Source: a virus
Direction: 5' to 3' (one strand)
DNA length: 64,000 bases
IMG/VR virus record: IMGVR_UViG_3300045988_123080
Below are positions 17,871-26,118 of this stretch, piece by piece (position 1 is the first letter of the stretch; every line of letters starts with the position of its first letter). The translations under genes were made by a program, and so were the position numbers. The notes beneath the pieces are model-generated. The model searched no databases and was not told the origin of the DNA. It saw nothing but the letters and a program-made list of their open reading frames with translations.

Positions 17871-20081
17871 ATGAGAACTTTGCTTCTTTTCCGTGGAGCA
17901 CCCGGATGCGGGAAGTCCACCTATATTAAAGAGCATGATCTGGAAAAGTATACGCTTAGTGCCGATACGATTCGCCTTATGTGTCAGGGTGGTCAGGAAA
18001 CCCCGGCTGGCACAATGGAGATCTCTCTCCAGAACGATGGTGTTGTCTGGGATATGCTCTTTAAACTGTTGGAGGTTCGGATGTCTCACGGTGAATTTAC
18101 CGTGATTGATGCAACGAACTCTAAAACTGTCGAAATCAATCGCTATAAGAATCTTGCCAAGCAGTACAGGTACAGAATGTACATCATCGACATGACTGAT
18201 TTGCCGATTAGCGAGTGTAAACGGCGTAATGCGCTTCGCACTCCTCTGAAGAGAGTCCCGGATGCTGCCATTGATAAAATGTATGCACGATTCGCAACGC
18301 AGAAGATTCCGTCTGGTGTGACTGTACTCTCGTCAGATGTAAATGTCCTTGAGAAATTGAACTATGTTCCGCAGGACTTTAACAACTGGAGCAAAATTCA
18401 TATCATCGGTGATGTGCATGGGTGTTACAGTTGCTTGAAAGAGTATCTTGGCGACCTGAAGGATGATGAACTGTATATTTTTGTTGGCGATTATCTGGAT
18501 CGTGGAATTGAAAATGTAGAGATGTTCAAGTTCCTTTGTGATGTTGTAGACAATAATCGGAAGAATGTGATTTTCCTTGAAGGAAATCATGAACATTGGC
18601 TAAACAAGTGGGGGCACGATGAGCCTGTTCAGAGCGAGGAGTTCGCAAACTACACTCGTCCGCAGCTTTTCAAAGCAGGGATTGACCATAATACGGCTCG
18701 TAAGGTTTATTCGAGAGTAGGACAGTGCTCCTATTTTGATTACGACGGGAAAAGATACTTCGTTAGCCATGGTGGTTTGAGTTATTTGCCTGAATTTCTA
18801 CCATTCGTGTCTACTGACCAGATGATTAAAGGTGTAGGTCGCTATCCTGATATGCTAACCGTGGCTGAGTCTTGGGAAAAATCGATGCCGGATAGCTACA
18901 TTCAGATCTTCGGTCATCGAAATGTGCAGGATGTTCCTATTGATATGGGGCATCGGTGCTACAACCTCGAAGGAAAAATCGAGTTTGGTGGATATCTCCG
19001 TTGCGTGGAACTTGAACATGGTCAGTCAATCAAATGTGTAGAAACAAAGAATGATGTGTTCCGAAAAGAGGAGCCAAAGACTGAAACTGCCGTTGAAATG
19101 AAAACTGAGTTCGATAACGCAGAACTTGTCAGTAAGATGCGTCAAAGCAAATATGTGTTTGAGAAGCGATTCGGAGATATTTCTTCTTTCAACTTTTCTC
19201 GTGAAGCATTTTATAAGAAGCATTGGGATGAGGTTTCTACCAAAGCAAGGGGATTGTTCATTAACACAAAGACGAATAAGATTGTAGCTCGAAGCTATGA
19301 TAAGTTCTTTGCGGTCGATGAGCGGAATGAAACGAGAATTGGAAACCTACAGAACACTTTGAAGTTCCCGGTGACTGCATATCTGAAGGAAAACGGATTT
19401 CTTGGCATTGTCTCGTATGATGCAGAAAAGGATGGTATGTTCATTGCAAGTAAATCCACTCCTGAAGGGCCTTTTGCAGATATGTTCCGAAAGATTCTCA
19501 TGGATACGACCTCTGATGAAGACCGTAAGAATCTGAAGGAAGTTGCAAAAGAGAATGGCTCCATCATTTTTGAAGTGATTGATCCTGTGAATGATGCTCA
19601 TATCATCGAATATAAGAAACCGCACATTGTTTTGCTGGATATTGTTGCGAATGATATGAACTTTAGTGTGATGGATTACGATGATCTGAAGCGTGTTGCT
19701 GAAAAGTGTCATTTGCAGATTAAGGAGAAGGTTAAGACTTTTGAGAACTGGAGTGAATTCTATTCTTGGTACGAGGAAGTCATGAACGAGAACTATCTGC
19801 ATCATGGCTTTGAACACGTTGAAGGCTTTGTTTTGCGAGACAGCAACAATTTCATGTTTAAGATGAAGCTTCCTTATTATAAGCACTGGAAGTTCTTGCG
19901 TGGTGTTATGCAGAGCGTTCAGAAGCGTGGCTATTATGAAAATACTGCAAAGTTGTTTACTGCTGAAGATAATTTATTCTATGGTTGGATGCGTGAACAA
20001 CGAGAGAAAGACAAAGAGTCTTTCTGCAAGAAGGGTATTATTCAGTTACGGAACGAATTCTATGAGAATCAGCACGAATAA
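17871..20081 (+). CDS. pnkp: polynucleotide kinase-phosphatase-ligase (Pnkp-like RNA repair enzyme)
   Basis: Walker A GAPGCGKST kinase; calcineurin-type phosphoesterase GDVHGC / GDYLDRG / GNHEHW; C-terminal nucleotidyltransferase-like KENGFLG; same order as Clostridium thermocellum Pnkp. Confidence 0.75.
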   Translation: MRTLLLFRGAPGCGKSTYIKEHDLEKYTLSADTIRLMCQGGQETPAGTMEISLQNDGVVWDMLFKLLEVRMSHGEFTVIDATNSKTVEINRYKNLAKQYRYRMYIIDMTDLPISECKRRNALRTPLKRVPDAAIDKMYARFATQKIPSGVTVLSSDVNVLEKLNYVPQDFNNWSKIHIIGDVHGCYSCLKEYLGDLKDDELYIFVGDYLDRGIENVEMFKFLCDVVDNNRKNVIFLEGNHEHWLNKWGHDEPVQSEEFANYTRPQLFKAGIDHNTARKVYSRVGQCSYFDYDGKRYFVSHGGLSYLPEFLPFVSTDQMIKGVGRYPDMLTVAESWEKSMPDSYIQIFGHRNVQDVPIDMGHRCYNLEGKIEFGGYLRCVELEHGQSIKCVETKNDVFRKEEPKTETAVEMKTEFDNAELVSKMRQSKYVFEKRFGDISSFNFSREAFYKKHWDEVSTKARGLFINTKTNKIVARSYDKFFAVDERNETRIGNLQNTLKFPVTAYLKENGFLGIVSYDAEKDGMFIASKSTPEGPFADMFRKILMDTTSDEDRKNLKEVAKENGSIIFEVIDPVNDAHIIEYKKPHIVLLDIVANDMNFSVMDYDDLKRVAEKCHLQIKEKVKTFENWSEFYSWYEEVMNENYLHHGFEHVEGFVLRDSNNFMFKMKLPYYKHWKFLRGVMQSVQKRGYYENTAKLFTAEDNLFYGWMREQREKDKESFCKKGIIQLRNEFYENQHE

Positions 20082-20150
20082 CTAAGATATTTTCTTCCTC
20101 CGAAAATGCCCTGCGCGGGGCTGACAGCCGGGAAAGACTGGCAATTATAT

Positions 20151-20240
20151 GCCCAAGTGATGGAATGAGGTAGACATGAAGCTCCCAAACAGCTTTGCGT
20201 GAGATATCGCGTGCGGTTTCGAATACCGCCTTGGGCACCA
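20151..20240 (+). tRNA. class II tRNA, probable tRNA-Leu(CAA), unusual C33
   Basis: 7-bp acceptor gcccaag/cttgggc + ACCA; T-arm gcggtTTCGAATaccgc; anticodon arm aagct-cccaaac-agctt; long variable arm. Confidence 0.5.
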
Positions 20241-20280
20241 GAGTCCGAATATTCACCTATTAAATACTGGAGGCAAGTTC

Positions 20281-20478
20281 ATGAAAAGAATTGAAAAATT
20301 TTCAAAAGAAGAGATCGAGCAGATTTTTAAAGAGAGCAACAACTGGGCTACTGTGGCTGAGAAACTTGGTTACAGCAAATTCGGAGGAAGCTCTAGGGAT
20401 GTAATCCAAACATATGCAGACGAAAATAATATTGACACTTCTCATTTTACGGGACAAAGAATAATTCCAAAAGAATGA
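20281..20478 (+). CDS. small hypothetical protein, possible HTH/NUMOD-like DNA-binding
   Basis: 65 aa, WATVAEKLGYS segment; sits between tRNA genes. Confidence 0.35.
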   Translation: MKRIEKFSKEEIEQIFKESNNWATVAEKLGYSKFGGSSRDVIQTYADENNIDTSHFTGQRIIPKE

Positions 20479-20499
20479 AGCTGTATTTTATACAGCTTC
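20477..20499 (+). other. 9-bp stem hairpin (processing/terminator-like) before tRNA-Leu
   Basis: gaagctgta-tttta-tacagcttc; no strong T tract. Confidence 0.3.
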
Positions 20500-20506
20500 T
20501 GTATAT

Positions 20507-20594
20507 GCCGCAGTGATGGAGTGACATACATTTCCCGCTTAAACCGGGACGCCTGAAACACGGATCGTGGGTTTGAATCCCACCTGCGGCACCA
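20507..20594 (+). tRNA. tRNA-Leu(TAA), class II
   Basis: acceptor gccgcag/ctgcggc + ACCA; anticodon arm tcccg-cttaaac-cggga; T-arm gtgggTTTGAATcccac. Confidence 0.7.
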
Positions 20595-20598
20595 TATC

Positions 20599-20671
20599 CA
20601 GAATGTAGTGTAATGGCAGCACGCTGCGTTTGGGACGCAGAAGAGCGATTCGAATTCGACATTTTGGACCA
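20599..20671 (+). tRNA. tRNA-Pro(TGG)-like, imperfect D and T stems
   Basis: acceptor ccagaat/attttgg (one GU) + ACCA; anticodon arm ctgcg-tttggga-cgcag; T-loop TTCGAAT but only 3-bp T-stem. Confidence 0.4.
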
Positions 20672-20767
20672 GTGGAGTATTCCACTTGCTTTTCATGAAT
20701 ACCTTCCTATTATTCTTGGCTCTCCAAAAAAACGGAGCAGTAGGACGCAGCAAGCCAAGTTACATAA

Positions 20768-20857
20768 TGAGGGTTCGCCAAGTGGTAAATGGCATCTGGC
20801 TTTGACCCAGACAGCGTGCTTTATAGCCGATCGTCGGTTCGATCCCGACACCCTCAA
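20768..20857 (+). tRNA. tRNA-Gln(TTG) with ~16-nt insertion in variable region
   Basis: acceptor tgagggt/accctca; Gln-like D-arm gccaagtggtaaatggc; anticodon arm tctgg-ctttgac-ccaga; 21-nt variable region; T-arm gtcggTTCGATCccgac; no encoded CCA. Confidence 0.55.
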
Positions 20858-20862
20858 TTTAT

Positions 20863-20951
20863 GGACACGTGATGGAATCGCAGACATGAAAGATTTAGGC
20901 TCTTTTGCCGTTAACAACGGTGTGCCCGTTCAAATCGGGTCGTGTCCACCA
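20863..20951 (+). tRNA. tRNA-Leu(TAG), class II
   Basis: acceptor ggacacg/cgtgtcc + ACCA; anticodon arm aaaga-tttaggc-tcttt; variable hairpin ccgtt-aaca-aacgg; T-arm gcccgTTCAAATcgggt. Confidence 0.7.
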
Positions 20952-21054
20952 TTATCAACTTATGGTTGCGTACCGTTTGTTGATCTCCTTTGACCACTAT
21001 TATTCCCGGCTCGCCAGTGATGGTGCAGTAGTGCTTTGTAAGTCGGGTTTTCAT

Positions 21055-21129
21055 GCAGCGGTCGTACAACGGCTAGTACATCAGCCTTCCAAGCTGAGGA
21101 CGAGGTTTCGATTACCTTTCGCTGCACCA
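21055..21129 (+). tRNA. tRNA-Gly(TCC) (A73 discriminator)
   Basis: acceptor gcagcgg/tcgctgc + ACCA; D-arm gtac-aacggcta-gtac; anticodon arm tcagc-cttccaa-gctga; T-arm gaggtTTCGATTacctt. Confidence 0.6.
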
Positions 21130-21310
21130 GTCTCGTACGGGTAGGATCTTTAGCGGTTAGATCCGGCCGCGCCTGTGCGAGATACCACCCCGAAAGGGGT
21201 TAACGAAATTATCCATGTACGTTATTCTCGGCTCGCTCGGAAGAGTGCAGCGTGCCTTTGTAAGCCGAGTATCCCAGCCTAGTAATGTCAGTTGCTAGGT
21301 TGGTTCTTAT

Positions 21311-21386
21311 GCGACTGTAGTTCAATTGGCAGAGCGTCAGATTTCCAATCTGAATGTTGCGGGATCATACCCCGTCAGTCGCTCCA
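21311..21386 (+). tRNA. tRNA-Gly(TCC) (U73, C2:G71, G3:C70), atypical T-loop
   Basis: acceptor gcgactg/cagtcgc + TCCA; D-arm gttc-aattggca-gagc; anticodon arm tcaga-tttccaa-tctga; T-loop atcatac non-canonical. Confidence 0.55.
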
Positions 21387-21517
21387 CACGCAGCCCCTTA
21401 CGCTGCACCGGTTACTCAGAGCCGAAAGAAACCTATATGTTACGACATGGTTGCCAAGAGTGATCATATTGGAACGCGACGTAGCTTGGATAGTGAGAAT
21501 TAAATTCTGAGGTATAC

Positions 21518-21585
21518 GGCTGGATAGCTTAATGGTAAAAGCGCTCGGAAACACCGAGAGATAAGGTTCGATTCCTTCACTGGCA
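21518..21585 (+). ncRNA. tRNA-like element / probable pseudo-tRNA
   Basis: canonical D-arm tagcttaatggtaaaagc and T-arm taaggTTCGATTccttc but no complementary acceptor stem and a 5-nt anticodon loop (ctcgg-aaaca-ccgag). Confidence 0.35.
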
Positions 21586-21613
21586 TCGCGCCGATGAAAG
21601 TCGGCGTTTGCAT

Positions 21614-21689
21614 GGAATAGTAGCTCAGTTGGTTAGAGCCGACAACTTATAATTGTCAGACGCGAGTTCAAATCTCGACTATTCCACCA
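21614..21689 (+). tRNA. tRNA-Ile(TAT) (or AUA-reading tRNA)
   Basis: acceptor ggaatag/ctattcc + ACCA; D-arm gctc-agttggtta-gagc; anticodon arm gacaa-cttataa-ttgtc; T-loop TTCAAAT. Confidence 0.65.
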
Positions 21690-21795
21690 GCCCGAAGGGG
21701 CGTACATAAAACCTGCTAGAACTTTTGTTTTATAAGCGTTGAAATAATATGACGTTGATACGTCTATTGTTTTTCGCTTATTCTCTGAGATTTAG

Positions 21796-21813
21796 CTATG
21801 TAACACAGGATAC
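21796..21813 (+). promoter_or_regulatory. recurrent 18-bp motif CTATGTAACACAGGATAC (forward copy 2)
   Basis: 18 bp upstream of GTG start of C5-MTase gene. Confidence 0.45.
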
Positions 21814-21830
21814 GAAAAGGAGGTGGTTTG

Positions 21831-23295
21831 GTGAAACATTATGGAAGTATTTGCGAGATTGATGGTTCTAAGATTGAACCTGTCTCGTGTATCACTGGTG
21901 GTTCACCTTGTTAGCCAAGATCTTTCTATTGCCGGTAAGCGGGCAGGTTTGGCTGGAGAACGGTCTGGTCTATTTATGGAAATGATTCGTGTGATAAAAG
22001 AAATGAGGGATACCACCAATGGAGAATATCCAAAATTTGCAATCTGGGAAAATGTTAGAGGAGCACTCTCCTCAAACAACGGAGAAGACTTCCGATGTGT
22101 CTTGGAAGAATTTGCACACATCGTCGAAGCAGACGCTACAATTCCTAAACCTTCGGAAAAAGGTGGAAAATGGTCTAAATCCGGCGCAATTTCCGGTAAT
22201 GGATGGTCTTTGGCATGGAGACTCTTCGATGCTCAATACTGGGGAGTGCCCCAACGTCGTCAAAGAATCGCGCTTGTCATGGATTTTGGAGGACAACGTG
22301 CCGCAAAGATATTATTTGAGCGCACGGGCGTGCCAGGGAATTCTGACGAGAGCATCCCGACGTGGCAAGGTGCTGCCAGAATTGCTGAAAAATGCATTGT
22401 TGGAAATGATCGAGTGGTGGGAGAAAAAAGCTTTTGTATCGTCGGAAACATGATTGACAGAGAAACCAACATGAATGGGACTGGTGTAAAAGAAGATACT
22501 GCTTTCACTATAAACACTATTGACCGTAATGCTGTTGCCTACACTTTAAAGATTCGTTCAGGATGCGAAGGTGGTGGCAAAGGCGCACTGGTACAAATCG
22601 AGAAGAGCGCAACGCTTTCTACATTGCAAGATCAAACGTTAATTTGCTTGGCAGACAACACCTCTTTACATAATTCAAAACAAAAGATTTCGCCGGTGGT
22701 GTTTGAGAGTCACAGTCAGGATGCTCGATACACTCAACAGGGCGACACAAGTCCGGCTTGTACGGCTCAATGGGGGACTGGTGGCAATAATATGCCGCTT
22801 GTTGCTGAAAAGAAAACCTTTGCAATGCAACGCATTGGTGAATACAAGGAAAGTGAACAAGCTAGTACGATGAAATCTCGTGACTACAAGGATGCTACTG
22901 ACTTGATTGCAGAGAAGGAAACGAAGAATCTGCAATGGATTGTTCGTCGCCTGACTCCTGTCGAGTGTGAACGACTTCAAGGGTTCCCTGATGGATGGAC
23001 TGATATTGGCGAGTGGGTTGATGAGAATGGTAAAAAGCACAAACCAGCTGATTCTCCTCAGTACAAGGCACTCGGTAATTCAATCGCTTTGCCTCAGTGG
23101 TATTGGATTTTCCAGAAAATGAAGCCGTATATCGGTGAAAATCCTACGCTTGGCAGTCTTTTCGATGGGATTGGTGGCTTTCCGCTTGTCTTTGAAAGTA
23201 CGTATGGTGATGGTACTGCTATCTGGGGATCTGAAATCGAACCGTTCTGCGTTGCAGTAACTAAGAAGCATTTTCCAGAAAAGCAAGGAGGATAA
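21831..23295 (+). pseudogene. C5 cytosine DNA methyltransferase, circularly permuted motif order, frame broken at catalytic PCQ motif
   Basis: GTG 21831 after AAGGAGG gives ...ICEIDGSKIEPVSCITGGSPC then TAG; +1 frame continues QDLSIAGKRAGL..ERSGLF (IV-V), ENV (VI), QRR (VIII), RLTPVECERLQGFPDGW and GNS (IX-X), then FDGIGGF...SEIEPF (I-II) at the C-terminus. Confidence 0.7.
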
Positions 23296-23296
23296 T

Positions 23297-23838
23297 TTGC
23301 CAGAAAACAAAGGATATTTAACAGCTGACCGATCTGCGGCAGGCGATGAGCGATACACACCGGTTTACGCGGTTATTCCATTGCTTGAATTTGCCCCCCG
23401 TCGAGTGAAGCAGTGATTTGGTGTCCGTTTGATAAAGAGTGGTCTGCCTTTGTGAAGGTGTTCAGAGATGCTGGATATAAAGTAGAATGTAGCCACATTG
23501 ATAACGGGCAAGATTTCTTTACATATGAACCAGAAAATTGGGATGTTATAATTTCAAATCCTCCTTTTAGCAAGAAGGATGAAGTATTACGTAGAGCCTA
23601 TGAACTCGGAAAGCCGTTTGCTCTACTGCTTCCTGCAAATAGTATTCAGGGTAAGACGCGATTTGATATTTTCAAAAATGACGTACAGATGCTATGTTTT
23701 GATTCTCGAATAGGATTCATGGACCCTAAACACGCAGACAGCCCTGTCGAGGGAGTGTCTTTTGGAAGTGCATACTTCTGTAGAAATTTTCTTCCCAGTA
23801 AGTTAGAGTTACGAAAACTTGATAAGAAAATCTCATAA
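23297..23838 (+). pseudogene. phage Dam-like N6-adenine DNA methyltransferase (NPPF motif), frameshifted in C6 run
   Basis: frame A LPENKGYLTADRSAAGDERYTPVYAVIPLLEFAP ends TGA 23414-23416; frame B from 23413 ...IWCPFDKEW...DVIISNPPFS...LLLPANS; join point at cccccc 23393-23398. Confidence 0.55.
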
Positions 23839-24097
23839 AAGGCTAATTCAAATAAGAGGTGACCTAATGAACAGCAAAACTCCTATCAATATATCTATCG
23901 ACCACGGTTCATTGAGCCTTCCGGCAAGTCCTATCTTTCAGAAGGAGAAGAACACGTATCTCTGTCCGTTTTGCGTGACGAAGCTGGAAAAGTTCGAGTG
24001 TGAATGTTCTGATTGTCATCGCAAGATGGATTGGAGTGTGTGGATGGATAAGAATGCAAAGCATAACTATGCATGTGCTGAAAGTGGTGTGTTATGA
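23819..24097 (+). CDS. small Zn-ribbon protein
   Basis: probable ATG 23868 after AAGAGGTGA; CPFC...CECSDCHRK motifs. Confidence 0.45.
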   Translation: MIRKSHKRLIQIRGDLMNSKTPINISIDHGSLSLPASPIFQKEKNTYLCPFCVTKLEKFECECSDCHRKMDWSVWMDKNAKHNYACAESGVL

Positions 24098-24318
24098 AAG
24101 ATTGGCTCCATGCAAGAAAAAAAGAAATTGAGAACATGACTTTCGACCAGGCAAAGGAAATTGTAGAGAAACAAATCCGACTTGGCAAGGAAGGTGGAAT
24201 GTGGTGTCCTCGTGAGCACACCACCCGCGCATATGAGATGATTCTTAAACGAGCTGTCGATTATGAGATTTTTCTAAGCACTTATAGAGACTGTCTAAAG
24301 AGGTTGGGCTATTTATGA
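24094..24318 (+). CDS. hypothetical protein
   Basis: 74-aa ORF overlapping previous stop. Confidence 0.4.
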   Translation: MKDWLHARKKEIENMTFDQAKEIVEKQIRLGKEGGMWCPREHTTRAYEMILKRAVDYEIFLSTYRDCLKRLGYL

Positions 24319-24593
24319 ATATAGATTTCTTCCAACGGCGTAAGACTCAGCTTGAAGATGCACTTCTTTTGAAGAATCAGGCGGTCGATATGCTTGATTA
24401 TCTAAAGATACACTATATCAGCAGTGACCAGTATTGTGCAATTCGAGATTATATTGAAGAAGCTGCTAAGATTTTGGAGAGTGACCTCGAATACGCAAAC
24501 AACAAGCTGCAGTCCGCATTCAGACCTAAGTATAGTCGGAATAATAGATTGACTCGTGCTCAATCTAAGATGTTCCGTGATAGGGAATATTAA
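24315..24593 (+). CDS. hypothetical protein
   Basis: 92-aa ORF overlapping previous stop. Confidence 0.4.
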   Translation: MNIDFFQRRKTQLEDALLLKNQAVDMLDYLKIHYISSDQYCAIRDYIEEAAKILESDLEYANNKLQSAFRPKYSRNNRLTRAQSKMFRDREY

Positions 24594-24609
24594 AATGGGG
24601 TGATGCCGT

Positions 24610-24822
24610 ATGAACACATGTAAGAAAATATGCAACTGGTGTGGTCGTGAAATCAAGCCGATAGGCAGCGAGCAGGGAATCAGTTTTGAACATCAATACT
24701 CTTACGGTAGCCAACTTGATGGTTCGTTTTTGAGTTTTGATTTGTGTCCTGAGTGTTCAGAACGGCTCCCAGTAGTGCTCGGCGCGATGTTTTTACATAA
24801 TCCCTTAAAGGACGATTTCTAA
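24610..24822 (+). CDS. small Zn-ribbon protein
   Basis: CNWCGR...CPECSE motifs; 70 aa. Confidence 0.45.
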   Translation: MNTCKKICNWCGREIKPIGSEQGISFEHQYSYGSQLDGSFLSFDLCPECSERLPVVLGAMFLHNPLKDDF

Positions 24823-24968
24823 CGGCAAAAGCCGTATGAAAATATAAGCCATCAATAAGCCAGACGGAGGACAATATATAGAATGAATAGTGCATGAATT
24901 GACTCGAGACAATAAAAAGAAACATAAGTGATTACCGATGAAACAAAATTACATAAAGGAGACTTGAT

Positions 24969-26072
24969 ATGGCAGATAGAATTTTTAATCTTCCTCAGAC
25001 CCGTGGTTCTTTTGAGATGGCTGGTAAGGTCACCGGCACCCAGCGTAGTAACTTCTATAACGAGAAGGAGACTAAGAGTGGTGCTATGCGCCGTGTCCTG
25101 AGCTTTGGCGTTCAGACTTCCAATGAAAACACTTTCTATGTTGATCTGGCTGGTATGCCTCGTGATAAGGTTTACTTCTTCCGCCGTGCCGATAAGGACA
25201 AGGGCATCGAGAAGGATAAGAAGGAAGTTGCTTGGAAGGATCGTCTGACTTATGTTGCACCGGAAGGCTATGATATGATTGGCGTCAAGGTCGGTGTTAC
25301 CAAGAAGACGAATGAGTCTGGTAAGGTCGTCAATGATAACAAGACTCTGACCGATTTTGATGCAGCTAAGGAGATTTCCGAGAATCTGCATGACGGTGAC
25401 AACGTGTATGTCCGTGGTAACATCGAGTACAGCACTTACAACGATAAGCACCAGATTCGATTTGTTCCTACTCAGGTTTCTCTGAGTTCTAAGGAAATCG
25501 ACTTCGATGCAGAGGACTTTGAAGAGCTGGCTCTGTTCACTCAGACCATTGTGTACACTAGTTGCCGTAAGAGCGATGAGGACGATGAAGTAGTTGTCGA
25601 TGCAAAGATCGTGAATTACAACACCATCGAGGATGCAGAGTTCTTCATTGACTATAAGGCAAACACTCAGAATAAGGTTCTGGCTGATTCTATTCGCAAG
25701 CGTCTGAAGCCCTACACCAGTTTCGAGTGCTTTGGTCCCATCGTTAATCAGCAGAAAGTTGAGGAAGTTGAGACTGAGAATATCTGGGGTGGTCCTAACA
25801 AGATGAAGCGTCAGGGCACTCCGGCAGTTCGCAAGCTGTATATCGAGGGTGTTAATCCTGATTCCTTTGATCCGAATCCTGGTGATAAGGATGCGGAGCC
25901 CACTTACACTGAGGACAATATCTCTGAGGCACGGGCAAAAATTGCTGCCAACGCTCAGGCAAAGAAGGACTTCGACGGCAAGGCTGCTGAGAACGACACT
26001 TCTTGGTGGGGTGGTTCTAACAAGTCTACTGCAACTCCTGTAAACGAGGAAGAGGATGACTGGGGAGTGTAA
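24969..26072 (+). CDS. putative ssDNA-binding (SSB-like, OB-fold) protein with acidic C-terminal tail
   Basis: OB-fold-like segments, Gly/Asn-rich linker and C-terminal EEEDDWGV tail; immediately upstream of Sak4-like ATPase. Confidence 0.35.
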   Translation: MADRIFNLPQTRGSFEMAGKVTGTQRSNFYNEKETKSGAMRRVLSFGVQTSNENTFYVDLAGMPRDKVYFFRRADKDKGIEKDKKEVAWKDRLTYVAPEGYDMIGVKVGVTKKTNESGKVVNDNKTLTDFDAAKEISENLHDGDNVYVRGNIEYSTYNDKHQIRFVPTQVSLSSKEIDFDAEDFEELALFTQTIVYTSCRKSDEDDEVVVDAKIVNYNTIEDAEFFIDYKANTQNKVLADSIRKRLKPYTSFECFGPIVNQQKVEEVETENIWGGPNKMKRQGTPAVRKLYIEGVNPDSFDPNPGDKDAEPTYTEDNISEARAKIAANAQAKKDFDGKAAENDTSWWGGSNKSTATPVNEEEDDWGV

Positions 26073-26085
26073 TTTTTAGTCTTAG

Positions 26086-26103
26086 CTAAGTAATACAGGA
26101 TAC
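26086..26103 (+). promoter_or_regulatory. recurrent 18-bp motif CTAAGTAATACAGGATAC (forward copy 3)
   Basis: 15 bp upstream of ATG 26119. Confidence 0.45.
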
Positions 26104-26118
26104 ATAAGGAGTTTAGTT

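Noticed and set aside
20281-20478. Free-standing homing endonuclease next to tRNA genes
   Set aside because: Only 65 aa with a weak HTH/NUMOD-like segment; no HNH, GIY-YIG or LAGLIDADG catalytic motif
20768-20857. Group I intron or class-II (Ser/Leu) identity for the long-variable-arm tRNA
   Set aside because: D-arm and anticodon loop are Gln-type, and the extra segment is only ~16 nt in the variable region, far too short for a group I intron
20613-21510. Track ORFs across the tRNA island (20613-20993, 20905-21144, 21292-21510 and others)
   Set aside because: They overlap well-folded tRNA genes and structured spacers; no SD; implausible as proteins
21909-21914. Reading the TAG at the C5-MTase Pro-Cys-Gln position as a recoded Gln codon
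   Set aside because: Continuing in that frame gives PRSFYCR-stop rather than the conserved DLSIAGKR. A CAA Gln codon sits 4 nt downstream in the correct continuing frame, so the simpler explanation is a 4-nt insertion or frameshift
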